This document shows, one piece after another, positions 1 through 9,700 of a DNA stretch of 25,425 bases. Below the pieces are notes generated by a model. It was not told the origin of the DNA. It searched no databases and worked only from the letters and a program-made list of their open reading frames with translations. The position numbers and the translations under genes are program-made. This DNA comes from Planctomycetota bacterium (GTDB lineage: Bacteria > Planctomycetota > UBA11346): contig JBBQSO010000077.1 of NCBI GenBank assembly GCA_038213805.1, positions 1-25,425 of the forward strand, read 5' to 3'. Numbering within the stretch: the first letter of the stretch is position 1; every line of letters begins with the position of its first letter.

Positions 1-1611
1 CTCCGCCGGAAGCAGGCTGAGTCAGAAAACGTCGTCTTTCGCACGCACCTTGCCTCCATTGGTGCCCCAGCTGATTTGGTGATCGAGAATGCCGCGCTGC
101 GCGCCCAGGTTGCCGACTTCATCGAGAAGCTGGAGGTCATGGCCTACCGCATGGCCAGGATGACTCGCCGCGTCTTCGGCACCTCGAGCGAGACTCACCA
201 TCCGGGTCAACAGCACCTCGACGAGATCATGCGCCAGATTCTAGTAGAGACTGAGCTGCGGCCGGATGACTCGACAGCCGCCACGAAGGCGAACGCCGGT
301 TCGACGACGGCGACCACTGCACCATCAGCTTCTGATGCGGCTAGGCCGGGACCAGCCAAGCCACGCACCAAGCGCCGCGGCCGGCTCTCCCTCCCCGACA
401 CCCTGCCGATCGAAGAGCGGCCCATGGAACTTCCTGAGTCCGAGCGCATCGGCCCAGACGGGAAGCCATTGCCGCAGATCGGTACGCGGATCGTCGAGAA
501 GCTCGACTACTTCCCCGCCTGGTTCCGGCGCCTGCGTCTGATCTATCCCATCTACGGCTCGCCCTTCAGCGATGCGCAGCGGATCTCGGCCGCGCCCATG
601 CCCTGCATCGTGCCCAAGGGTCTGCCCACCGACACCACCGTGGCCATGGTCCTGGTGGAGAAGTACGATCTCCACTGCCCGCTCTACCGGCAGGAGACCA
701 AGCTGGAGCGTGCTGGCATCGATCTTGGCCGTTCCACTCTGATGAACTGGGTGCGCCATGGGGCTACCGCCTTACTGCCCATCCAGGCGGCCATCGGCGA
801 GTCCATCCGCCAGAGCCCGGTGATCGGGATAGATGACACCTGGATCAGAACGCTGGATCCTGGGGCCGGGAAAACGCACCTCTCCCGGCTCTGGGGCTAC
901 TACGCAGACGACGAGTTTTACTGCGACTACCGACGAACCCGAGAGGGTAAATGGCCGGCCGAGTTCCTGCGCGACTACCGCGGCGTTCTCATGGCAGATG
1001 CCTATTCCGGACACCATCGGCTCTTTGCCGACGGGCTCATGACGCCGGCGGCCTGCATGGCGCATGCCCGGCGGAAGTTCGAGGAGGCATTGGAGGCCGG
1101 TGAGCTGATGGCTTCGCGGGCCCTCGACCACTTCTCGCTGCTCTACCGCATTGAGCGCGAGACCGCCGACCACACCGCGGATCAGCGGCTGCGCCGCCGT
1201 CAGGCCGAGGCGATTCCCATCCTCGATCGATTGGAGAGGCTGGTCATCGCCTGGGAGGCGGACCAACGGCACTCCAGCGGTCTCTACGGTGCTGCTCACT
1301 ACACCCGCAAGCTCTTTCCCAATCTGCGCACCTATACGACCGATGGCCGGATCCCGATCGACAACAACGACCTCGAGCGCCTCTGGCGTCAGCCCAGCCT
1401 CAATCGGAAGAATTCCCTCTTCGTGGGCTCAGACCGCGGCGGCACCTGGGCGGCGACGATGTTCAGCATCTGCCAGAGCTGCCGGCTCGTGGGCTTGGAC
1501 CCCTACAGGTACATGGTCGAGATCTTCGCCGAGCTGCACACCGGTAGGACGGATTTTGCCAACCTGCGGCCCAAGGCTTGGGCGGGGTGGCTGGTGGCAC
1601 GGACGGCATGA
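1..1611 (+). CDS. tnpC: IS66 family DDE transposase TnpC, possibly 5'-partial
   Basis: RRVFGTSSE after a coiled-coil, KYDLHCPLYRQ, RSTLMNW, IDDT, MADAYSG, CMAHARRKF, IDNNDLER, RKNSLFVGS, CRLVGLDP. The frame is open from base 1 (LRRKQAESENVVF...), so the true start may precede the TTG at 76. Confidence 0.95.
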   Translation, partial: LRRKQAESENVVFRTHLASIGAPADLVIENAALRAQVADFIEKLEVMAYRMARMTRRVFGTSSETHHPGQQHLDEIMRQILVETELRPDDSTAATKANAGSTTATTAPSASDAARPGPAKPRTKRRGRLSLPDTLPIEERPMELPESERIGPDGKPLPQIGTRIVEKLDYFPAWFRRLRLIYPIYGSPFSDAQRISAAPMPCIVPKGLPTDTTVAMVLVEKYDLHCPLYRQETKLERAGIDLGRSTLMNWVRHGATALLPIQAAIGESIRQSPVIGIDDTWIRTLDPGAGKTHLSRLWGYYADDEFYCDYRRTREGKWPAEFLRDYRGVLMADAYSGHHRLFADGLMTPAACMAHARRKFEEALEAGELMASRALDHFSLLYRIERETADHTADQRLRRRQAEAIPILDRLERLVIAWEADQRHSSGLYGAAHYTRKLFPNLRTYTTDGRIPIDNNDLERLWRQPSLNRKNSLFVGSDRGGTWAATMFSICQSCRLVGLDPYRYMVEIFAELHTGRTDFANLRPKAWAGWLVARTA

Positions 1612-1645
1612 GGCGGTGGCCTGTAGCATGCGTGGACGCTCCCGG

Positions 1646-1834
1646 ATGTCGCAGCATGACCAGGTGCGCTGGTCCGGCTTCATCAGGGTCGCCAGCGACG
1701 GCGACGACACCTTCATCACAGAGCCCGACGACGGCTCACTGCTCTTCTTCGATGACCGACAGGTGGTCGAGAGCGGTGGAACGCATGCCGTGGTGAAGAA
1801 GCCCAGGCAGGTCTATCACGCGAAGGGCGCTTGA
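1646..1834 (+). CDS. Small hypothetical protein (62 aa) between tnpC and the IS right end
   Basis: MSQHDQVRWSGFIRVASDGDDTFITEPDDGSLLFFDDRQVVESGG...; protein-like composition with GC-rich third positions. Alternative ATG at 1628. Confidence 0.45.
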   Translation: MSQHDQVRWSGFIRVASDGDDTFITEPDDGSLLFFDDRQVVESGGTHAVVKKPRQVYHAKGA

Positions 1835-1842
1835 CCGACTCG

Positions 1843-3051
1843 TCACTTAGACGCTGCGATCGCGTCGGCCACCGTTCTCCCCAGGCAGGCCTGGCCGGCC
1901 GTGCCAAGGTGGGTCTGGTCGCTGGCGAACAGATCCGGATGGTCTTTGCCGAGTGCGTGGAAGGCGGCGAAGCCGTCGGCCAGGCCCGCGCGCTCGCTGG
2001 CCGCGGCCTCGCGGCAGGCGGCGGCGAGCTCGCCGACCGCGTCCCAGGTCGCGGCGCTGGGCAGGGTGGCGACGATCAGCACGTCGGCGCTGCCGCCGGT
2101 GGCGCGGCGGATGCGCTGGATGGCGTCGCGCTGCGCGGCCAGGAAGGCCGGCCCGCGCATGCCGCTGTTCCAGTCGTTGCCGCCGAACTCCACCACCACC
2201 AGGTCGGGGTGCGGCGTCGCCTGCAGCCAGCAGGGCATCAGCACCAGGTTCTGGCGCAGTTCCGTGCCGCCGATGGCGGTGTTGATGATCCTTGGTGCCA
2301 CGTGCCAGGTGCTCTGCAGCGTCGAGCTGAAGGTGTCGAGCCAGCTGTGCTCGCGGTTTGACCAGTGGTGCGTGTCGGTCAGCGAATCGCCCATCGCGAC
2401 CACGGTGATGGGCTGGCCCGCGGCGAGCTTGGCCAACGTGCGCGCGAGCGGCGCCCCGTGCGGGCGGTGGTCGGCGGTGTCGAGCGGGATGGTCGCTTCG
2501 AGGCGCAGGTCATCGATGGCGTAGGTGTGCGCCGCGCAGTCGCGCCAGTACCACCACTTGCCGAACCACAGTGCGCCGAGCTGGGCGGGCGGACGGGCGC
2601 CGCGCGCGTCGAGCGGTAGGCTGGCCGCATTGGACAGCACCGGCACCAGGTCGCGCCAGGGTATCACGACCCGCGTCCAGCCGGTGGCGTTGATCGGGAA
2701 GGCGACGTCGTAGCGCTGGGCGAAATCGTCGTTCCACACCAGTTGCAGCGCGCCGCAGTGCGCGGAGCCGTCGCCCTGGACCCAGAACGACAGCCCGGCC
2801 GCCTCATTCCACGCCGGCGTGCCGCGCACCCGCCCGGTGGCGAAGGCGCTGGCGCAGCCGTCGGCGAAGGTGAAGCGCAGCGCCTGCCCGGTGCGACCGG
2901 CGGTCACGGCGACGTCGACCTTGGGGTTGGCAGCGGCGAAGCTGGGCCCTTCCATGCCGTCGAGCAGCGTGGCGTCGGGCTCTGTAGCGGTGGCGCCGAC
3001 GATGACCAGCGCGAGCAGGGCGATTACGCTGGCGGTGGGGCGGATGGTCAT
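1843..3051 (-). CDS. Secreted SGNH/GDSL hydrolase with N-terminal CIA30/CBM11-like domain
   Basis: Signal peptide; GLSFWVQGDGS...GWTRVVIPWRDL (CBM11/CIA30-like); SGNH blocks AMGDSLT, NTAIGG, EFGGND, DQTH. Confidence 0.85.
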   Translation of the reverse strand: MTIRPTASVIALLALVIVGATATEPDATLLDGMEGPSFAAANPKVDVAVTAGRTGQALRFTFADGCASAFATGRVRGTPAWNEAAGLSFWVQGDGSAHCGALQLVWNDDFAQRYDVAFPINATGWTRVVIPWRDLVPVLSNAASLPLDARGARPPAQLGALWFGKWWYWRDCAAHTYAIDDLRLEATIPLDTADHRPHGAPLARTLAKLAAGQPITVVAMGDSLTDTHHWSNREHSWLDTFSSTLQSTWHVAPRIINTAIGGTELRQNLVLMPCWLQATPHPDLVVVEFGGNDWNSGMRGPAFLAAQRDAIQRIRRATGGSADVLIVATLPSAATWDAVGELAAACREAAASERAGLADGFAAFHALGKDHPDLFASDQTHLGTAGQACLGRTVADAIAASK

Positions 3052-3076
3052 GGTGGTCTCCGGAAGAGCGGGACGT

Positions 3077-6000
3077 TCACGGCGCGGGGATGCGGAACAT
3101 GGCGACGATCAGCGGGAAATCCGGCTGGCTGCGCGCCAACCGCCAGAGTGGAAACGGCTGGCCGGTGGCAGGATCGCGCAGGGCTTGCGTGGCCGCGGCC
3201 AGATCGTTGGCGAACCGGGCCCGCGCCCAGGCACGCAGGGCCTCTTCGACCGGCGTCGCCGCCGGCCAGTCCCGCAGCAGGGCGGCGCCCTCCTCCTTGC
3301 GGTCAAGGCCGCGCAGCGCCAGCGCGCTCACCAGCAGCGCGGCACCGCTGCGCGTGTGCCGCGCTGCGGTGGTCGCGGCGATGCGCGTGTAGGCCAGACG
3401 CACCCCCGCATCATCACCCAACGCCTGGCGGCAGCGCGCCGCGAGGAGATCCTCAAGCCGTTCGTCGGTGTCGTAGGGGCGGCCCGAGCCGAGACGCTCC
3501 GGCCAGGTGCGCGCCGCGGCGATGAACGCCTCGGCGCCAGCCACCGCGCCGCCTTCCAGCGCAGCGACGGCGGCCAGCAGGTTGGCGCGGCGGAACAGCG
3601 CACGGCCTTCGTAGGCGCCCTCGTTCGGCAGCACGGTCAGACCGGCGAGCGCCGCCAGCGCCTCACGTGGGCGATCGTCCCACAGGTGGACCAGGGCGAG
3701 GTCGAGAGTCAGCGCCTGGTTGCCGGGGAAGTGCTGCGCTGCATCCACGGCGGTGGCGCGGGCGGCCGCGAGGTCGTCGCCGCCACCGTCAAGCAGGGCG
3801 CGGATCAGCGCGTGCGGCGCGCGCCAGTCCTGCGGGGCGAGCTGCAGCGCCCGACGCAGATCGGCGAGCAGCGCTGGCCGCTCGCCGTCGGCGTGCCGCA
3901 CCTGCGCGCGGTTGAGGTAGAACGCGGCTTCATCCGGAGCATCGCCGGCGGCGGCGAGCAGCGCTGCGGCTTCGTCCACGCGCCCGAGACTGACCAGAAG
4001 CAGGCCGAGCAGGTGGCCGGTCTTCCAGTGCGGCCGGCGTTGCTGCGCCCAGCGCAGCACGGCGATGGTCACGGCCTGCGCGGGGAAGACGCCGCGCACC
4101 GGTGCGGCCAGGGCACGGTCCAGGGCGCGGTCGCTGGCGGCCGGATCGCTGGCACGCTGCAGCCAAGCCAGCCAGAGGTCCGTGAGCGTGCCCGGCGGCG
4201 CCAGCGCGAGCAGGGTCACGGCGTCCGCGTCGCAGCCCAGGGACGTGTAGCGCGCCGCCAGTTCCAGGTAGTCCTGCGTCGGGTCTTCGCCGCGCAGGCC
4301 GGCGGCGAAGGCGGCGCGCGCCTGCGCGTCACCGGCCAGCAGGCAGCGCTCGCTGCGCGCCCCTGCATGCAACGGATCGCGCGCCAACAGGTCGGCGACC
4401 AGGCCCGCCGCCACGTCGGGGTGGTGGTCCAGGCGCGCCACCACCGCCTGCAGGAAGCGGCACTCGTCGCTGCCGTCCTCCGCTCCGCGGCGCGCGTATT
4501 CCGCCGCCCGCCACAGCTCGCGCTCGCGGATGCAAGCGCCCGCCAGCCCGGCCAGCGCCGCGGCACGCAGATCGCCAGAACGCTCCGCCCAGCCGAAGCC
4601 GTCCTTGGCGTCCGCGCTGTGCCCCAGCGCGGCATTCGCTACGGCCCAGCAGAGGTTGGCCTCGGCGTCGCCGGCGTCGATGGCCAGCGCGCGCGCCGCG
4701 GTGGCCGCAGCCTGGTCGTGCTCGCCGCGGCGGTTCTGCAGTTCCGCTACGCGCGCCAGGGCGCGCAGGTGATGGGGTTCGACCGCCAGACAGGACGTGA
4801 AGGATTCCATGGCGGGTGCGTAGTCGCGCTGGCGCAGGTGCTCCTCGCCAGCGGTGAACAAGCCTTCGGCGCTGGCGGGATCGGCGGCGCCGTCCGCGGC
4901 CAGCGGCCGGTGCAGGCGCAAGCGTTCGCCGTCGTCGCTGCGCCAGGAAAGCAGGTGGTCGCCAACCTCGACGCTCAGCGTGCCCACGTGCCCGGCGAGG
5001 TCGACGTCCGCGCTCAGCACGGTCAGCGGTTGTCCTTTCAGGCGCTGGCGGTGGAACACGCTGCCGTCGGCGGCGACGCGCAGTTCGGCATCGAGCGCGC
5101 GCAGTGGACAGCAGCGGATTTCCAGATGTCCGCCGACCTGCACGATATTGAGCGCCCCCCACGGCGACGCGTCGACCAGCCCGCCGATCCCACTGAGCGG
5201 AAACCACTGCTCGCTCCAGCGCAGCGTCTGTCCGGGTGCAAGGGCCGCGTGCTTGAAGGGCGTGGCGCTGCTGTTCTCGTCCGCCTGGCTGGGCATCAGG
5301 CCGCTCTGGATCTCGATGTACTGCGGCGCTGGCGCGTCGGTCAGCAGATCGCGCCACAAGGCGCCGTCGCGCGCCTGCGACCACAGCCACAGCTTCTGCC
5401 CCGGCTTGTCGCCCAGCAGGGACCAGTGCGCGTAGCCCCCGGCGCGGCCGCTCCAATAGCCGCCGAACCACTCCGTTGCCGCGCCCAGCACGTGGTACGA
5501 CTTGTCCGGGCCAAAGGTGTTGGCGCGGTAGGCCGACAAGTCGCGTCCGGCCGCGTCGACCGGCCATGGGTGGGCGATGCCGCCGTGCTCCAAGTAGTGC
5601 TCGCCGGGGTGCAGCATGGTCAGGTCGTCGGCGGCCTCGGCCGCGGCAGTCATCCACTGGTAGCACGACTGGTGGTAGGGAGTGGGGTTCTCCCAGCTCG
5701 CCGTGGTGGTGATCGCCGCCTGGTCGCGCGGCAGGCGGATCTCGACCCGCCAGCGCGTGCTTGACGGCAGGTCGAGGGCGCCGACCGTGCAGCGCACGCC
5801 GCCATCCGCATCGCGCGCCAGCGCGTAATCCACCGGCGCCGCGCAACTCGGCGCGTGGCCGATGGTACCGAAGTTGAATTCGATGCCGCCCGACGTCCAC
5901 GGCCCGCGCAGGCCGACGTCGCGGAACTTCACCACCGGGTTACGGTAGATGAAGTCGCGCCCGCTGACCTTGTCCATGGCGCCCCAGATCTTGCCGCCGA

Positions 6001-6271
6001 TGCCCGGCGCGACCCACACCACCAGCCAATCGTTTTCCAGGCGCACCAGCTTCCATGCGCGCATGGTGCCCTGCGCGCTGCCGCCGTCGAAGCGCGTGTA
6101 CGGGTAGATGCGACCGAACTGGGCGAGGGGGCTGGGGTCGCCATAGGGATAGGTGAGGAAGGTCTGCTCGACCTCGGTGATGGTCGCATCGGCGGCGGCG
6201 GCACGTGCCGGCATCACGGCCGCGATCAGTGCAGGCAGCAGGAGGGGGATGGGAACCCGTTTGACGAGCAT
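3077..6271 (-). CDS. DUF5107 domain and tetratricopeptide-repeat protein, secreted
   Basis: IYPYTRFD, LENDWL...PGIGGKIWGA.DK, RGPWTSGGIEFNFG, GQKLWLW, YIEIQSG, then Ala/Leu-rich TPR-like helices. Start placed at ATG 6271 ahead of a signal peptide (the ORF is open to 6343). Confidence 0.85.
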   Translation of the reverse strand: MLVKRVPIPLLLPALIAAVMPARAAAADATITEVEQTFLTYPYGDPSPLAQFGRIYPYTRFDGGSAQGTMRAWKLVRLENDWLVVWVAPGIGGKIWGAMDKVSGRDFIYRNPVVKFRDVGLRGPWTSGGIEFNFGTIGHAPSCAAPVDYALARDADGGVRCTVGALDLPSSTRWRVEIRLPRDQAAITTTASWENPTPYHQSCYQWMTAAAEAADDLTMLHPGEHYLEHGGIAHPWPVDAAGRDLSAYRANTFGPDKSYHVLGAATEWFGGYWSGRAGGYAHWSLLGDKPGQKLWLWSQARDGALWRDLLTDAPAPQYIEIQSGLMPSQADENSSATPFKHAALAPGQTLRWSEQWFPLSGIGGLVDASPWGALNIVQVGGHLEIRCCPLRALDAELRVAADGSVFHRQRLKGQPLTVLSADVDLAGHVGTLSVEVGDHLLSWRSDDGERLRLHRPLAADGAADPASAEGLFTAGEEHLRQRDYAPAMESFTSCLAVEPHHLRALARVAELQNRRGEHDQAAATAARALAIDAGDAEANLCWAVANAALGHSADAKDGFGWAERSGDLRAAALAGLAGACIRERELWRAAEYARRGAEDGSDECRFLQAVVARLDHHPDVAAGLVADLLARDPLHAGARSERCLLAGDAQARAAFAAGLRGEDPTQDYLELAARYTSLGCDADAVTLLALAPPGTLTDLWLAWLQRASDPAASDRALDRALAAPVRGVFPAQAVTIAVLRWAQQRRPHWKTGHLLGLLLVSLGRVDEAAALLAAAGDAPDEAAFYLNRAQVRHADGERPALLADLRRALQLAPQDWRAPHALIRALLDGGGDDLAAARATAVDAAQHFPGNQALTLDLALVHLWDDRPREALAALAGLTVLPNEGAYEGRALFRRANLLAAVAALEGGAVAGAEAFIAAARTWPERLGSGRPYDTDERLEDLLAARCRQALGDDAGVRLAYTRIAATTAARHTRSGAALLVSALALRGLDRKEEGAALLRDWPAATPVEEALRAWARARFANDLAAATQALRDPATGQPFPLWRLARSQPDFPLIVAMFRIPAP

Positions 6272-6490
6272 AAGACCAGGATCAGGGAAGAGCGCGACTC
6301 GCCACCAGGGGGGCGGTTGGGGCGGCGTCCTTCCATCCACCATGGATGAGACGGCTTGAGGGCCGGCACGGGCATGCGCGGCGTCGCATGGTGCGCCGTC
6401 GCCAAGACCAGGTGAAGCGTTGCCCGGTACTGCGTCCGGTTAGGGCGCGATCATATCGCTGCGGATACCGATCCTCTCGTTCACGTGCTT

Positions 6491-6673
6491 CTACGCACAC
6501 ACCGGTCCCAGCAGGCGCTTCGACCAATACGTCAACAGATGAGCGCCGACCTGGTTCTGACGGGCGTAGGCGCTACGCGATAAGCCGGACCGGCGCCAAT
6601 CGTCGATTAAGGCTTGGCCACGGATGGCGGGGCTTGATTTCAGGACACGCTTCGCGCTGGTGGGCTGGGTCAT
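6491..6673 (-). pseudogene. tnpA: IS66 accessory protein TnpA, truncated (HTH part only, 60 aa)
   Basis: LIDDWRRSGLSRSAYARQNQVGAHLLTYWSKRL matches the IS66 TnpA HTH pattern; the C-terminal half and tnpB/tnpC are missing; RBS AAGGAGGT precedes it. Confidence 0.8.
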
Positions 6674-6676
6674 ACG

Positions 6677-6720
6677 ACCTCCTTGCGCGCGATTATATGC
6701 AGGCGGATTTCAGCTCGCTA
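6677..6720 (-). promoter_or_regulatory. Putative sigma70 promoter and RBS of tnpA
   Basis: Minus strand: TAGCGA (6720-6715), 17-nt spacer, perfect TATAAT (6697-6692), then AAGGAGGT (6684-6677). The -35 match is weak. Confidence 0.55.
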
Positions 6721-6796
6721 GTACACGTGCCTGGACGCATACCATTCTCGAGTCGGACGCCGAGACGTGATCCCCCGTAGCTCGCATCGCTCCGCG

Positions 6797-9700
6797 TCAG
6801 GGATCGACCGCGATCCGCTGTCCCGGTTGCCACACGGTCAGCTCCGGTTGGTAATAGGGATACGCTGAGGACGGCCTGCCTTGGCTGGTGCCGGCAGCGA
6901 TGGCGACGCAGGTGATCGGGATGTCCCACGTCGCGCCGACCGCCAGGCGTTCGCCATAGAGTCGGACTTCGCCATCGGCCCACTCCCAGCAGCCAAGCTG
7001 GCCGGCGCGGACGAGGCGGTCGAGGGCCTCGGCGCGCGGCTCCAGCCCGGCGGGCAGGCCGACGATCAGCATCGGGGCGTAGACCTCCGCATGCGCCTGC
7101 ACGTGCGCCAGCACCGTGCACGGCGCGCCCACGGCCACGTGGGCGGGAGCGGTGATGGTCAACGACATGGGTGCGTTGGCAGCGTCGGTGGGCTGGGCCA
7201 GCCGACCGTCGAGTCGCCAGCGCCAAGCCGGGGCGGGCCCCGCGATAACGACCTCCAGTGGTCCACCGACGGGATCGATGGCCAGTGGCCGTTGCAGCAT
7301 CTCCTGCATGTGCACCGGAATGGCGAGCCGCGCGAGCTCCTGGCCATCGCGGCGGATGATCACCGTGGATGGGGCCGGCCGCGTCTCGTGGTCCTCGGCG
7401 GCGGCGAACGCCTCGATGGCCAGCACATCGCTCTGGGTCGTGTTCCACGCCTCGCCATGACGCTGGGCGCCGAGCCAGGCGAGGCCGCGCCGCGCGTCGT
7501 CCACGCGTCCATCGGCAAAGTAGGCGAGCACTGCCAGGGCGGTGGCCTCGACGTCTGCTACCGGCCGCCACGGCGAGGCCCCCGGGCGGATGGCGGCGCC
7601 GTCCTGATCGAGTCGGATCATGCTGGCCAGGGCGGCAGCCTGGTCAGCGTCCCCGGCCTCGCGGGCGAGACGCGCTGCCAGGCCGAGCGCGTACGCGTCG
7701 CCCGCAAGGCGGGCCGCGGCATAGGCGCGTCCCCGGTCGGCGGGCGGACAGTCGGAGCCGAGGTCGGCCGCGATCTGCACGTCGCTCATGCCGGGGGCGG
7801 TGTTCAGGACTCCGGAGTGGAAGCCGCCGTCCGTGCGGCGCTGCGCCAGCAGCCAGGCCTGCTGACGGTCGAGGAGCGGCCGGTTGACCGCGACCACCGC
7901 CCCGAGGCGCTTGAGCTGGCGCAGTCCGAAGGCCGTAAGGACCGGATCGCCAGGATCGCGGCCGAAGAGCGAGAACCCACCCGAGGGGCAGGCGAAACCC
8001 TGCAGCAGGGCGACAGCTTGGGTGAGGAACGTCGCGGCTCCGCCATCGTCCTGCTGGCGTCTGCGCCGACGCTCGCAGGACACCAGCAGCGGGTAGCTGC
8101 TGGAGGAGGTCTGCTCGAAGCACCCATGCGGCTCGTGCAGGAAATGCCGGTGGACGGCATCGAGCAGATCCTCGAAGCCGCTCTCGACAACAAGGCTGCC
8201 GTGCAGCGTTCCGGGCAGGAAGCCCTGCGCAGGGGGCAGCTCCAGGCGCGCTGAGCCGTGGCGTTGGCCGCCGTCGTGCCACGGCGCACCCGGTGCCTCG
8301 ACGACGATCCCACCCGCGAGCGTGTCGGTGCCAAGTGACGACGCGGCGTGGAGGCGCACCCGCGCGCTGCCGGTCGCCACGGCCACGATCTCGAGGCGGC
8401 CGTCATGGACGATGGCGCGGATGGCTTCGCCCTCGACCGCTACTTCGCTCGCGTCCGCTCCGCGCAGATTGACGGGTGCATCCCAACGGTCGCCCACCGT
8501 CAGGCGCGACGGCAGCCGCACCGCCAGTTCGACCGGCTGGCGGACCTCAAGGGTCGTTGCGGCGGCAGTGAATCCGCCCCGGGCATCGAAGGCGTCGGCG
8601 CGCAGCGTCAGGCGACGGCCGCGCGGCAGCGCGGGCAAGGTCAGTACCAGCCGGCCGGCCGCGCCGCTGGGTTCGGCCGCCCACCACGCCACCGTCGCGT
8701 GATTCGGCAGCCCCTCATCGCTGAGACCGGGGGCCATGACGGTGCGGCGGTCGGCGAGGGCTGAGGAGGCGGCCCCGGACCCTTCGACCTGGGTATAGCG
8801 GTAGTAGATTTCGAGATCGAGCGTGGTGATGGCGGTGCTCAGCAGCCGTCCCCACCGTGTTCCGGTAGCCCCGTAGATCGATGGGTCCCAGGATCCGGCA
8901 TCCGGCAGGTCGGTACGCTGCAGGTTCACCAACACATCGCGCATCGTCGCGTTCCAGGTGAGCCACTTAGCGCCACCCCGTTGGAAGCAGGCCAGGGTAC
9001 CCCAGTAGACGTGGAGCGGATCGAAGGGCGGCGCCAGAGGCGGCTGATCCAGCACTCGGTTGGTGAGGGTATCCAACTGCTGACTGCCGGCATGATGGCC
9101 GAGCATCACTGCCATCCAGGCACCGGCCGCAGCACGGTCGGGAGCGTGGGCCTGGTGTGTGGCCGCATCGTAGACGGCGGGAAAGGTCGAGCGGCCGACC
9201 ATCGGGTCGAGGCGTTGCCAATCCGGATTCGCTGCCTGCCAAGCCGTAGTGAAATAGCTTTTTGCCCGGTTGAGGCTGTCGCGGACGTTCAAGCCGCTGG
9301 CCAACGCGCTCTTCAGCGCCATGACGCACCAGGTGGACGCGACCGCGTCCAGGTGATCGTCCTCTGCCCGGCCCGAAGCGGCCCATCCGCCGATGGCGTG
9401 CTGCTGTTTGAGGAGCGCGTCGATGGCCATCTGCGTCGGTTGACGCAAGGTCGGGTCGGCGGTCATGCCATACGCCTCGGCGAGAGCGGTCACCACGCCG
9501 GCCTGAACCTCGGGATCAGGATCGCAGCGGCCATCAGCCCCGATCTGTCCGACCAGCCAGGTGACCGCGCCCAGCACCATCGCCTTATACCGGCTCGGCG
9601 TCCGGTGATCGTAGCCGGCGCCGAGGTAGGCGAGGGTGGCAAGTGCAGTGCATGAGCGATCGGCGGATGCATCGGTCCAGGTGCCGATCCCATCCGCCTT

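Larger units (their letters stand above)
1..1846 (+). mobile_element. IS66-family insertion sequence, right portion (left end, tnpA and tnpB lie outside the window)
   Basis: Contains tnpC. The sequence ...GGGCGCTTGACCGACTCGTCAC ending at 1846 resembles an IS66 right terminus (reverse complement GTGACGAGTCGGTCAAGC). The exact end is inferred. Confidence 0.75.
6427..6742 (-). mobile_element. Miniature, internally deleted IS66 derivative (316 bp)
   Basis: Left end on the minus strand from 6742 is GTATGCGTCCAGG; the right end on the plus strand from 6427 is GTACTGCGTCCGG (imperfect inverted repeat, IS66-type GTAwGCGTCC). Encloses a truncated tnpA. Confidence 0.75.

Noticed and set aside
1151..1834. 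227-aa ORF overlapping tnpC
   Set aside because: The part overlapping tnpC is an off-frame shadow; only the 3' 62 codons look coding.
2819..5764. 981-aa plus-strand ORF
   Set aside because: Antisense shadow of the DUF5107/TPR gene; no motifs, and long stop-free antisense frames are expected at this GC content.
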